Below, piece by piece: positions 27,877-38,300 of a stretch of DNA of 64,000 nucleotides. The notes under the pieces are model-generated. The model did no database searches. It saw only the letters and a program-made list of their open reading frames with translations, and was not told the DNA's origin. Positions within the stretch are counted from its first letter, which is position 1. Each line of letters starts with the position of its first letter. Where the stretch lies: positions 248,326 to 312,325 of IMG/VR virus record IMGVR_UViG_3300042010_000106. One strand, 5' to 3'. The position numbers and the translations under genes were made by a program.

Positions 27877-28887
27877 TTGGGTGTTCCCGCATTGCAAATA
27901 CAATCAAAATACATTGATGACAATCCAAATGTCATTGATTTAAAGAATGCCCGAAACGCTAATGAAGTGATTACAGTTCTTTCGAAGATCAACACAACAT
28001 TTAGCGTATTGGTTGCCAAATTCAATCAAAAGAAGCTTCCATATTTGAAAGTTTCTGACGCCGTAGAAGCATTGAAATTCTGTGTTGATTCAATGGTAGA
28101 GATTCGTTGCGCCCGTTCGGTTGCGCAGGAGTTCAGCGATTCAAAACGCGACCGTTGTTTCAATATGATTGCAGCACAGTTAACGAACATTCGGGACTTT
28201 CAAAAGACGCTGCTGGATTTGATCGACAGCGTATGCGCAACCCGTATGGATAAACACCTTTCGTTCTTGTCTGAAACCGTATTCAAGATCCTTTCCAAAA
28301 TCAGCAACACAACGCAGCTTCACGTACGCTTGCCAGATCAACAAATGATTTGCATTCGAACCGATAGCGGTGTGACTGACAAAGACGGATACGTAAGCGG
28401 GCCAATCACAATCAAGCTGATGCTGGTTGGCGGCAATTATCGGATATCAATTCCTGATTCCCCATTCGTTGCATCTGAGGAATCCAACGTCTTCAATTCG
28501 AAAGACGTTCAATCGTATATCATGGGGAATTTGTCAGACTTCGCGCACGTTGGAAAGCCTGTGCCAAAGGATGATCAATTGCTCGCATCGAACATGGTTC
28601 AAAGCGTTGACGTTACCGAGGAAGCATTGGTCGTTACGCTCAAACCTTCTGTGCGTCCCGATGATATCCAACGCTTGTTAACGCAGGTGCTTCCGTACCT
28701 GAAACGAGCTGTGAATTTGTCGGGCACGGATATCATTCACCGTGTCTCGCAATACGGCCCGAATCGCACAATCTCGTTTATTGTGGCAAAGCGTAAAGTG
28801 TATGATGCAAGGTCATTGACCAAGCTGACTAAATTGCTCGGCGCGTCGAAAACCGAAGTCGAAAAACTCAACTCAATTATGGAATGA
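27877..28887 (+). CDS. Hypothetical protein (late operon)
   Basis: 336 aa; TTG start uncertain; follows TAATTT motif. Confidence 0.7.
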   Translation: MGVPALQIQSKYIDDNPNVIDLKNARNANEVITVLSKINTTFSVLVAKFNQKKLPYLKVSDAVEALKFCVDSMVEIRCARSVAQEFSDSKRDRCFNMIAAQLTNIRDFQKTLLDLIDSVCATRMDKHLSFLSETVFKILSKISNTTQLHVRLPDQQMICIRTDSGVTDKDGYVSGPITIKLMLVGGNYRISIPDSPFVASEESNVFNSKDVQSYIMGNLSDFAHVGKPVPKDDQLLASNMVQSVDVTEEALVVTLKPSVRPDDIQRLLTQVLPYLKRAVNLSGTDIIHRVSQYGPNRTISFIVAKRKVYDARSLTKLTKLLGASKTEVEKLNSIME

Positions 28888-30041
28888 CCATGAAAATACC
28901 AAAGCCCTCGACATACGCCAAGATGGAGAAAATGTCGGACGCACAATTGACAGCGTATTTTGAAAAACGCCTGCCACTGTACCGCCGTGCACTTGCTCGC
29001 TTGACATCGTTTCTGCGTCAAATGGTCGGTCGTGTGTTCAAAGGTAAAAACCTTGCAACTGCGTCTGATGTAATCCTGAACATTTCCGGTGGCGAAGGTG
29101 GCAAAACTTCCCATTCGGATTCGGGCACCAGCCTGACCGTTAGCAAGTTCGATCACCCCGGCCCGCGTAAGCTCGCTGGCTACATTGATGCACTGGAACA
29201 AATCGAATACATCGGCGAACTGGATTACCAGATTACCCGGTACGCTGACACTGAAAACAAATCGCTGCAAAAGGTTCAAAAACTTCGCGTGAGCATGTAC
29301 AACAGTTTGGTTGACGCTTACGTTGAAGCAATTGAAGCAATGCGCGACATCGCCAAAAACAAACTGCCTGAACCAGTGGGCAATCTGTTCAAAGCAGCCA
29401 AGAAATACTTCGATCCAAAAGAAGTAGAATTCATTGAGAATTACAAGGCTGCAAACGACGGCGACGAACCGGAACACATGCTGGATTATTACATCAACGT
29501 CGGCGTGAAAGACAACGTTGTTGACATCGTTTTCAACGCAGACATTTCGCACTGGCCGCGTGAAACGAAAGAAGGTTTGATGGTCGCGGTAATCACCGTG
29601 CGCCTTGAACCAACTGAAGACGCGTTCACCATGAAAGCTTATGCGAACGTTCTGGATCGCGTGGGCCTGCCGGGTCGCTACAACATCGGCACCGAATTGA
29701 AAGGGAAAGACATTCCCGAAATCGCGAAGAAAATTCCGAAAGCTTTCGACATGGAATTGGCCGCGCACAACATCATTTCGTTCATGGCTCCAGTTAACCT
29801 GAAGCTGGACGAAACCGAAGTTGAAGAACGTCTGATGAAAATCGAAGGCGTTAGCGGTGTTGTTGTAAATGACGACGGCGTGATGATTGAAATGACCGAT
29901 GATCGTGGTGTGCACCGTGAAGCAATGGCCGCGCTCGACACAATCCCATCGGTTAAAAAGCTGATTCGTTCGGGTTATTCTCGCACGCTGGCAAACCCTT
30001 CGCCGGGTAGCTACCTGTACAGCGTAACTCTGAAGAGCTGA
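28884..30041 (+). CDS. Putative virion protein
   Basis: 385 aa; strong codon bias; ATAS and DVILNISGG motifs; virion role inferred. Confidence 0.55.
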   Translation: MTMKIPKPSTYAKMEKMSDAQLTAYFEKRLPLYRRALARLTSFLRQMVGRVFKGKNLATASDVILNISGGEGGKTSHSDSGTSLTVSKFDHPGPRKLAGYIDALEQIEYIGELDYQITRYADTENKSLQKVQKLRVSMYNSLVDAYVEAIEAMRDIAKNKLPEPVGNLFKAAKKYFDPKEVEFIENYKAANDGDEPEHMLDYYINVGVKDNVVDIVFNADISHWPRETKEGLMVAVITVRLEPTEDAFTMKAYANVLDRVGLPGRYNIGTELKGKDIPEIAKKIPKAFDMELAAHNIISFMAPVNLKLDETEVEERLMKIEGVSGVVVNDDGVMIEMTDDRGVHREAMAALDTIPSVKKLIRSGYSRTLANPSPGSYLYSVTLKS

Positions 30042-30937
30042 TGTATACGCATATCGGCATGCCGTTTGATTTTCGTCTTTCGGCATGGCCTTACGGCGGC
30101 GATAGGTACGTCACGACGTACAACACTGACCGTTATCAAATCGACATTCGTGCGATTTGCGATTACGTCGAAGAACAACTGCGCAAATCTCCTTTAGCAT
30201 TCGTGCTGAAAACGACGTTCACGCTTGTGAATCTTTATTCAGGATTCACCGATACAAGCGTGGGCCTCGTTATGGAGCCTGCAAAGAAAGTTCGACGCGA
30301 TCAAGTTGTGTTCACATTCACCCGGACAAACGTAGACGAATCGGGCGATCCGATGTTTATGCACTGGCTGAACAATTACACAATTCAGTGGGGAACAAAT
30401 ACGAGTCGCAGTTCTGATTACATTTCAATTGCCGTTCCAATCACTGTAGCGACACGTGCCCGCCTTCAGCAAATGACGGACAGGGAACAGAAAGCGCTAT
30501 ACGACATTGTGGGCGGCTATTCGAAAGCTGTGATTCGTTCGATCCACGAATACGACGGTTCGGTTTTATCCACGCGGAATTTCCTACGCTACACAATCCC
30601 ACGCGCCATGTTCTATATGGCGATTAGCGATTGGCAGTACGTGTTGGACTTCTGGAAACGCATGCCGGATTTGATACACGTTAACTGGACTCCGAAATTC
30701 ATCGAATATTACGTTCGATACATTGCGCCTAAGCTGCCTGACCGCAAACGCAGCAAGTATTACGCGCAGTACGAAGAGGAAGTGCAGGAACACTTACGGC
30801 AATTCGTTCTCCGGTATCTGCAAAACACCGTGCAAAAAGAAGAAGTTAATCTGGTTGCACTTTTACCCGCAGATGACGCAATGATTCACGACGTTGAAAC
30901 GTTGGTGTTTAATCTGTCGAAGGGGATAATCGCATGA
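30041..30937 (+). CDS. Hypothetical protein
   Basis: 298 aa, in operon. Confidence 0.75.
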   Translation: MYTHIGMPFDFRLSAWPYGGDRYVTTYNTDRYQIDIRAICDYVEEQLRKSPLAFVLKTTFTLVNLYSGFTDTSVGLVMEPAKKVRRDQVVFTFTRTNVDESGDPMFMHWLNNYTIQWGTNTSRSSDYISIAVPITVATRARLQQMTDREQKALYDIVGGYSKAVIRSIHEYDGSVLSTRNFLRYTIPRAMFYMAISDWQYVLDFWKRMPDLIHVNWTPKFIEYYVRYIAPKLPDRKRSKYYAQYEEEVQEHLRQFVLRYLQNTVQKEEVNLVALLPADDAMIHDVETLVFNLSKGIIA

Positions 30938-32148
30938 CGAATGTTTATGAAGGGCAGACGGCTACGATTTCCGAGGAATTTCTTGATGATTTCGATCAAG
31001 TTATTTTGCCTCGCGAATCTACGCCTGCCCCGTTGGTGCGATTATTCGACACTGACAAAACAATCATCGCTGAAGTCTACGCAAAGCCAGATCCAAAGAT
31101 TGCGGGAACGTGGGTTGCTGATATCCCAATCCCGAACATGGATTTGCGCGACACTACGAAGTTTGTAGCGAAGTGGAGTTTCGAAAGCGACGAAGGTGTA
31201 CACACTGCAAAAACAACGATAATGGTAGAGCCTGCAACAATGGGGCGCGAATCCGACATTGTGATTTTGTGTGGACACGACAGCCGTATGCAGGTGACGA
31301 TTCCAACGAAAGTAAAGTTGGGTGTTGCTGAAAGAAAAGCAGACCTTGCCCGCGCAGTTAAGGCACGGCCTGCAAAGGAAGGCGACTCGCTTTCAATGTC
31401 GCTTTACTACAACAACAAAGCCGTATTCGAAGCACTCGACAGTACAAACACTGCCGTGAAAATCGAAACGTCTGAAAACAAAACATTAATCGACATGCCT
31501 GCTGTTGTTGGTAAACCAGCAATGGCACCAATGTCGTTGATCGTTAAGCACAAACCAACACGGAAAATTGCAGAAACTTCCTACACCTACAAAGTGTGGG
31601 CGGTTACTCCGCAAATCCTGTTGGCTGCGCGACAACTTGAAGATTTCATCGACAAGGCGCGCATTGCGAATATCATTCCTGAGTTGGAATATACACAGGG
31701 TGATTTGCTGGAATTCTTGACGCGGGGCCTGATGTATTTCAACGCTTTGCAACCGGTAATGACAGCGTTTACAGGAACCAATATGCAAGGGCCTTTGATG
31801 AACTGTTGGTTGGTTTGTTCCAGCCAATACGCATTAGGGGCACAAGCACAGGCAGAAGGCGCATTAGCTTTTGATTTCGGTGGTCAAACCGTTAGCCTGA
31901 ACATCGACCGCACCCCTGCAATTGAAGCGGCATTAGGTCGCATTGATGCAGAGATTGAAGGGATGGTTAAACCATACAAAAAACTGCTTGGTAAAACAGG
32001 CGTTCTGGATGGTGACGGTTCACAAGGCGGCAAATTCATTGACGGTTCCAGTCACATGGGCGTTCTTGGTTTGTCGAATACTCCATTGACACGAATTGGC
32101 CGTGGCCGAAGTGGCATGAGTTCCAGTTTCTACCGATCTTTCTTCTAA
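30934..32148 (+). CDS. Putative neck/head-tail adaptor protein
   Basis: C-terminal helical region with FDFGGQTVSLNIDR, reminiscent of neck proteins; inference. Confidence 0.4.
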   Translation: MTNVYEGQTATISEEFLDDFDQVILPRESTPAPLVRLFDTDKTIIAEVYAKPDPKIAGTWVADIPIPNMDLRDTTKFVAKWSFESDEGVHTAKTTIMVEPATMGRESDIVILCGHDSRMQVTIPTKVKLGVAERKADLARAVKARPAKEGDSLSMSLYYNNKAVFEALDSTNTAVKIETSENKTLIDMPAVVGKPAMAPMSLIVKHKPTRKIAETSYTYKVWAVTPQILLAARQLEDFIDKARIANIIPELEYTQGDLLEFLTRGLMYFNALQPVMTAFTGTNMQGPLMNCWLVCSSQYALGAQAQAEGALAFDFGGQTVSLNIDRTPAIEAALGRIDAEIEGMVKPYKKLLGKTGVLDGDGSQGGKFIDGSSHMGVLGLSNTPLTRIGRGRSGMSSSFYRSFF

Positions 32149-32197
32149 GTTAATTTAAACTAGAGAAAACAAACTCTTTACAAAGTGGAGATACACA

Positions 32198-33046
32198 ATG
32201 AGCTTTAACCTTTCTCGCGCTGCTACCGCTTTGGTTTCGGGCGCTCACAAAGAAGTTGCAACCGTTACCATTCGTGATGCTGTGCAAATTGATGATCGTT
32301 TCGCACGCGTCATTGCCACCGCATCCGCCACCGCTACCCCGGCACAAGTTGCTGAAGGTATCAAACAACAATTCCGTGGCGCCGTAGCCATTCCGGGTTC
32401 GTTCGTTGCTCTGTCTTCCAGCAAAGCCATGACCGTATTCGAAGGCATCGTTGGCGTTGTTGCACAGCGCGTTGTTCTGACCGATGAAAATCGTGAGAAT
32501 TACAAAGCCGTTGCTGCAAACATGTTCATGGACGAAGGCGAACAACTTTGGTCGCTGCGTCAAACCGCAACCGGTCAAGTTCTGGTGAAAGCCGCTGATA
32601 GCGAAGCTGATCACGCTGTCATGAAACATCTGATGGCCTGTGCATCGACCGATTACAACCAATTCGAACACCGCGATATCGGCGTAGAAAATGCGCAAAT
32701 TCGTGCAAGCGTTCAAGGTGGTGATTTGGTTTCGTATATCAGCCAGCAAAGCGCCGACCTGCAAATGGGTATCGCCACTGCTTCGGTTGAAAACGAAGAC
32801 GGCACCGATGCTCACATGATCGCTGTTGTTCGTCCAAACGGCCAAGCCGAAACCGTTAACCGCGAAATGATCGTGGTTGCCGCTACCTTCGAAGAAGACG
32901 CCGAAGACATCAAGGAAGCCGAAACCGCTACCGCTGGTGCAATGGACGTTGAACGTTTCAATTCGTATTACGCTCGCGTGTTCGCACGTCGTCCTGCGTA
33001 CTTCGAAGAATTCATGAAACGTGTTCGTTCGTACGTGTTCATGTAA
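32198..33046 (+). CDS. Abundant putative virion/head protein
   Basis: Own TAATTT motif, GGAG RBS, strong codon bias, own terminator. Confidence 0.55.
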   Translation: MSFNLSRAATALVSGAHKEVATVTIRDAVQIDDRFARVIATASATATPAQVAEGIKQQFRGAVAIPGSFVALSSSKAMTVFEGIVGVVAQRVVLTDENRENYKAVAANMFMDEGEQLWSLRQTATGQVLVKAADSEADHAVMKHLMACASTDYNQFEHRDIGVENAQIRASVQGGDLVSYISQQSADLQMGIATASVENEDGTDAHMIAVVRPNGQAETVNREMIVVAATFEEDAEDIKEAETATAGAMDVERFNSYYARVFARRPAYFEEFMKRVRSYVFM

Positions 33047-33068
33047 GAAAAAATAGCTGCACACAATC

Positions 33069-33088
33069 GGGGGCCTTTGCCCCCTTTT
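33069..33088 (+). terminator. Intrinsic terminator
   Basis: GGGGGC-CTTT-GCCCCC-TTTT. Confidence 0.75.
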
Positions 33089-33111
33089 GTCGATTTATGG
33101 TCGGGGGAAAT

Positions 33112-33912
33112 ATGGCGAAGAAATCAAAGGACGTTGTTTTTGACGTTAGTGGGGGCAGCACAAAGATTGACGAACGTGGAAAGCTGCGCAACCGTGACGC
33201 AGACGAAGCCGACCGTGGATCAATGGGCAGTAAAGGCAAGAAGAAAAAGAAAAGCAAGATTGAAAAGCGTGAAGCAATTGTAATCGAAGATAACACGTAC
33301 AAAGCTGGACAAGAAAAGAAGAAAAAGAAACGCAAAACTTCCGACTCTACAGAAGTCATTCTACCGAAGAAAAAGAAACGTTTGCCTGTCACCATTGAAG
33401 GTGAAAAAAGCCTCGTTGTACTGAAGGCAACGAAAGGCGACCAGAAGAAACTCGCGAAGGCTCAAGCAGCCATCGAAGAATTTAACGAATTGCCACCTCC
33501 TGTTGATGAATTCGACGCGGTGATTCGTGCCAAGTTTGAAGCGCAAGTAGACCTTGCCGCTCGGCTTGAAGAACAAATGGAAGACCGTATTTATGCACGG
33601 GATGTTTACGCATTGAACACCGTGTATAACCAGATTCGGGAAATGATTGCAGACCTGCGCGCAAGCCGTGACGTGAGCGCACAAGTTGATGAAATTCAAA
33701 CGGTAGTTATTCTGCCGTATCACCGCGTTGTCGGTGAAGCACTTGGTTTGATTTTCTTCCACGTAGAAGGCTCCATTCGCAAATTCGTAAAGGATGGGGA
33801 TTTGCAGGAAGAGATTATCAAGAAGCTGAAGAACTCGATTCACGAAAGTGCTGTGCAATTGCAGGGTGAATACAACGCCGCGACTGATCGCGTACGGAAA
33901 GTATTGCTATGA
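33112..33912 (+). CDS. Protein with poly-Lys N-terminus and helical C-terminus (possible terminase small subunit)
   Basis: Helical oligomerisation-like core next to an HNH gene; function is inference. Confidence 0.35.
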   Translation: MAKKSKDVVFDVSGGSTKIDERGKLRNRDADEADRGSMGSKGKKKKKSKIEKREAIVIEDNTYKAGQEKKKKKRKTSDSTEVILPKKKKRLPVTIEGEKSLVVLKATKGDQKKLAKAQAAIEEFNELPPPVDEFDAVIRAKFEAQVDLAARLEEQMEDRIYARDVYALNTVYNQIREMIADLRASRDVSAQVDEIQTVVILPYHRVVGEALGLIFFHVEGSIRKFVKDGDLQEEIIKKLKNSIHESAVQLQGEYNAATDRVRKVLL

Positions 33913-34238
33913 CAGTTAAGCGCGTTAAGCCTGCGAAGGTGCGCAATACAGCCAGCACGCAAAAGATTGGTGGCGTTTCTAAAATACGTCGTAAATCCGC
34001 AGACGTTTACGGTTCACGTACCGCGTGGATGGAACTTCGCGAAAGAGTGATTGCACGTGACGGGCGCCAATGCCGTTTGTGCCATTGTAAAACGAATCTG
34101 CAAGTTGACCATATTCGACCGGCTGCGCGTGGTGGGCAAACGATCATGACGAACCTTTGGACGTTGTGTGCTGATTGCCATTCCAAACGCCCCGGCCACG
34201 CCGCCGCAAAACATTTGATCTTGGCGAAAAAGAAATGA
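33909..34238 (+). CDS. HNH endonuclease
   Basis: RDG..CRLC...LQVDHI...GG....NLWTLCADCH. Confidence 0.9.
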   Translation: MTVKRVKPAKVRNTASTQKIGGVSKIRRKSADVYGSRTAWMELRERVIARDGRQCRLCHCKTNLQVDHIRPAARGGQTIMTNLWTLCADCHSKRPGHAAAKHLILAKKK

Positions 34239-34912
34239 AGCTACCGACAGATATCAGCGACGACTTTCAAGAATCATGGGCAGCCTTTACAGAGATACCC
34301 GCAACAAAAGCGCTGGAACCTGCCGTTTTAGCTGAATGTTTTCGGATTTATCTGTCGCAGGCTGGCATCAAAACGCAAAGTTTAAAAACACTCAAGGATT
34401 ATTTAACTGTAAATAAACTGTATGGCAAATTTAATCGTCTCGTTACGACTAGATATATGCTCTATCAACTGCAACCCGTTCAACACAAATTCGAAATTGA
34501 TTTGCATGAGAATCGGCTGATCAATATCGTTAATGGTGTAACGATTCGCGGACAGGTAAAGCTGAAGCCCCAACGGTTTGCACTGAAATACTTGCTGGAA
34601 CGAATGGTTTCTTTGAAGGTGTTTCCAAACATGCCTGAACAGTTGCGATCCGTTACAGATTACAAGACAACGAAAGATGCGAGAGCCGCACACGCATCAA
34701 AGCTGGTCGGTTCCATTTCGCAATTGCGTGACCGGCATTTCGTATTAGTGCATCGTGATTCCGACATTGTTCTAAAGGTTGCTCGCCTGAAAAACGATTA
34801 CCTTGTGCTGGATTACGCAGTTACTTTTCCTGAAACTTTCCCCCTTTATCCAAACGTAGAAAAACAGCTCACAGCCGTATGGCGAAGGGCAACAATCGGA
34901 GACTTTCGATGA
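34235..34912 (+). CDS. Hypothetical protein
   Basis: ATGA overlap with the HNH stop. Confidence 0.7.
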   Translation: MKLPTDISDDFQESWAAFTEIPATKALEPAVLAECFRIYLSQAGIKTQSLKTLKDYLTVNKLYGKFNRLVTTRYMLYQLQPVQHKFEIDLHENRLINIVNGVTIRGQVKLKPQRFALKYLLERMVSLKVFPNMPEQLRSVTDYKTTKDARAAHASKLVGSISQLRDRHFVLVHRDSDIVLKVARLKNDYLVLDYAVTFPETFPLYPNVEKQLTAVWRRATIGDFR

Positions 34913-35325
34913 CTGTTAAATCCGCTCTGGACGGAGTGGACGCAATCCTCGGCATCATTGCCAAAGGTGACGCAGACCCGTCCGTAAAATTGGTAGCCAT
35001 TCGTAAGCTGGCTGAAACGTTGCGCAATGACATTCAGGATATTACTGATGTCGAGTACAACAACTATATCGAAGCCAGTGATGAAACTGACTTTGACATG
35101 GAAGGCGCTGTCGAAAGTTTGCACGAACGTTTGGCGAAACAAGATTTCAACAATCTGTATGCGTACTACGATATTGACGGCATTCGCTTCGCAGATGATC
35201 GTCCGCGTGTTCGTGTTGCGATTGCAAAAGCATTGCTGCAAATTGCAGTAGAACAAAAGCGTGATGCTAACCCTGCGTGGGAAGGCGTTGTAAGTACCGA
35301 AGGCTTTATCGGAGGCGACGAATAA
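34909..35325 (+). CDS. Hypothetical protein
   Basis: GGAG RBS; ATGA overlap. Confidence 0.7.
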   Translation: MTVKSALDGVDAILGIIAKGDADPSVKLVAIRKLAETLRNDIQDITDVEYNNYIEASDETDFDMEGAVESLHERLAKQDFNNLYAYYDIDGIRFADDRPRVRVAIAKALLQIAVEQKRDANPAWEGVVSTEGFIGGDE

Positions 35326-35326
35326 A

Positions 35327-38300
35327 ATGTCTGAACTTTGGGCAAAAAATCGAATCGCGGATTCGATGGCTCGTTATCGTGAATCGGAATTCATGGCAAC
35401 AGCCGCAGACGACACAACCACCGAAACCAACTTCGTCCGCTCTATGCGTCCGGTCGCCCTCGACATGGATCGTGATAAAGAATTCGAAGGTTTCTTCTTT
35501 CCAAAAGGCGAAGCAACTCCAGACGGTTACACGGCGCGTGAATTCTTGCTGCCTGTTCTGGAATCGCTGAGTGATGTAACGTCGAACATCAACCTGTTCT
35601 ACGCGTTCATGCGTCAATGTATGAACAACGCCAACCACATTTCTGGTATGAGTCAGGAAGACGCACAGACTTATATCGACATGTATTTCCACGACACGTT
35701 CCGTATGAAACGTGCCGAAAGCTCTACCAAAACAATCGTACAAAACTTCCTGATCGCAATTCGCGCATCGTCTTCTTCGTTCCACAATATCTATCGTTCT
35801 GCTCGTTATGCAGACGGTGTTGATATCGTGATGAATGGCACCGGTGACGACGTACGCGGTCGCGATGTTCCGCCTGTGTTCTTCGGTTCCATGGACGCTG
35901 ATTTGCACGGCCCATCGTTCCTGAATAACGGCGGTCGTCACGAATGGGCAGTTGATCGTGAACGTCGCGGCAAATGGCAATCCACTTTCGGTCTGAATCT
36001 GGTAGCCGCTGCAAAAGATATCAGCGTTTTCCTGTTTGGCACTTCTGCAATCAGCGACCGTACGCTTCACAAATCGCTGAGTCTTTCGACAGAATTCACA
36101 AAGATTGAAGAAATCTTTACCCGTCACACCGGGTTCAAACTGCCGAAGGAAATGATTACCGACCTGAACATTACCAACCATTTGGCAGAGCAATTTCTGC
36201 AAGTGGAAATGCTCAAGGTTCCAAGCGGCATGGCGAAAAACGTTGCAGCACGTGTACGCGCCGGTAACATCCGCAAGCCGTCTGACTTCACTGGTGAAGT
36301 TGGCCGCTCCAGCATGCACGAAGCGAACACGCTTGTTGAACATCGTATGAACAGCGACGATGAATTCATTTCGCCTGAAGCTGAAGCGCTGAACGTTTGC
36401 CTGCGTTCTACAATTCGTTTCACACTGGAAAAAGACATCGCAAATTATGTCAGCCAGTCTGAAGAACACGAACGCCCAAGCCTGAGCCGTATCAACGCGT
36501 GGTTCTCCCTGTACATCGGCCAAGTATTGCGCGCACGTGCGACCGCAAAACGTAAAGGCCAACCGAAATCGCGTAACGCTTCGACAATCAGCATGAACGA
36601 CATTCCTCGCTATGCGATGGGTGCAACAACGCTGAAGAAATTGTCGGATATTCGTGCGTCCAATGGTTTCGTTGTAGAAAAAACCAAAGGCAACAGCGAA
36701 GACATGTATGTAACGCCAAGCGGCACGTTGTCTGTGCGCCCAAGCGTTGACGCATTCAAAGCTTCCACACAAGCAGAAGACTACGAAAAGTTGTCTGATG
36801 AAATTCTGGAAATTTTGAACCGTTACGACATTCCGATGGCTGCTTTCCAAAGCAATCCTCGCGCTGATGCGTGGCCGCACATTAACGCAGTTGATATCGA
36901 AAAGCTGTGGGAATTGCTGCAAGAATTGAAATCGTATGACGGCGCTCTGATCGGTTACGATTGGGACTACGGCGTACAGATTTATGCTTCGTCCACTCCC
37001 GGCATTCTGACGACTTCGTTGGAAAACGGTGCTGTAACTCCTGACGCTTTGACCATTGCCGACCAGCTCGGTTACAACATGGCGAAAGAAGGTCAGCAGC
37101 CGATGAAACGTAGCTTTGCGTCTACTATGTACACGCTGACTTACGCGCATCCGGTTGGACAAGTTAAACGCGAATCGGAACGTATGTACGGTGCCGACGC
37201 AGATGCAGGCGCAGCAGCTTTTGCGAAGTCGAACATCGTAAAAGAAATTGTTAACCTGTACCTGAAACTCGCGTACAACGATAACAAAGCGCCGAAAATG
37301 GATGTGCTTGCGAAGAATGCAATGCGCGCCCTCGGCCTTGAGAAATTGCCGACTGAAAAAGGTCACGATTACTCTTCGCTTTACCTGCGTTATTTCACCC
37401 CTGAAGGTGACATGAAACGCGAAACAACCACGTCTATTCGTGCGTTGCCTGTCGAACTGCTGGCCGATGCAATGACGCAAGCAAGCGGCGGGCCGGGTTC
37501 GCAATTGTGGCATGACACCTACGAACAAATGGCAACCGGCGACAAATTGCCGAAGTCTTATGAGGTTGCGGAGGAACTCGAAAACCATCCGAACTTCTTC
37601 AACACTTCGACATCGACTACTGCTGAATTCACCAAGCTGTATTCGTATTTCGGTGGTCAATTCTTCAAACAAATTCTCGATGCAATCAACAGTATTCCGG
37701 CCTCGGATTATCTGAACGAACGCAAATCGAAAGTAAGTGTTGAAGTCGGTGCAAACCCGTATCGTGATGATGGCATTCCATTGGTTCTGGAACTGACTAC
37801 ACCGTCCAACACCACGATCATGAAAGACATTCTCCCGTACACTTTGATGCTCGGGAAATACGCAGTAAATCACGAAACGATTTTCGCTGAAGCTGACGAA
37901 CAAGTAGAATCGTTGCAGCCGGATACTGGTTTCACCGCTGACGATTTGAAAATTCCGGGCATGGTTGCAGATGATCGCGCCATTTTCCCGCACCAAGAAA
38001 GCGTGCAAGCTTCGTTGCGTAAACCAGTTCCTCCAGCCTTCGCAATTCTCGCACTTGATCCGGGTGGTGGTAAAACCGGCCAAGGCGTAATCGACATGAC
38101 CTGTATGGTTCGTGATATGTCGAGCGTTGGTAACGTGGTGCGTCCATTGGTGATTTGCCCTAACGGTCTGATTACTCAATGGTGTGAAGACATCAAATAT
38201 TTCCTCGGCGCAAACTGGAACGCGTTTCCACTGTCTGCCGATGTGATGAAACGTTGGGGTCAAGACAAGTTGCTGGCGTACGCTGCGAAAGCACCGGCCA

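Noticed and set aside
33909-34238. HNH as a mobile homing endonuclease or intron marker
   Set aside because: Short stand-alone HNH coupled into an operon with no interrupted host gene; more like a packaging-associated HNH.
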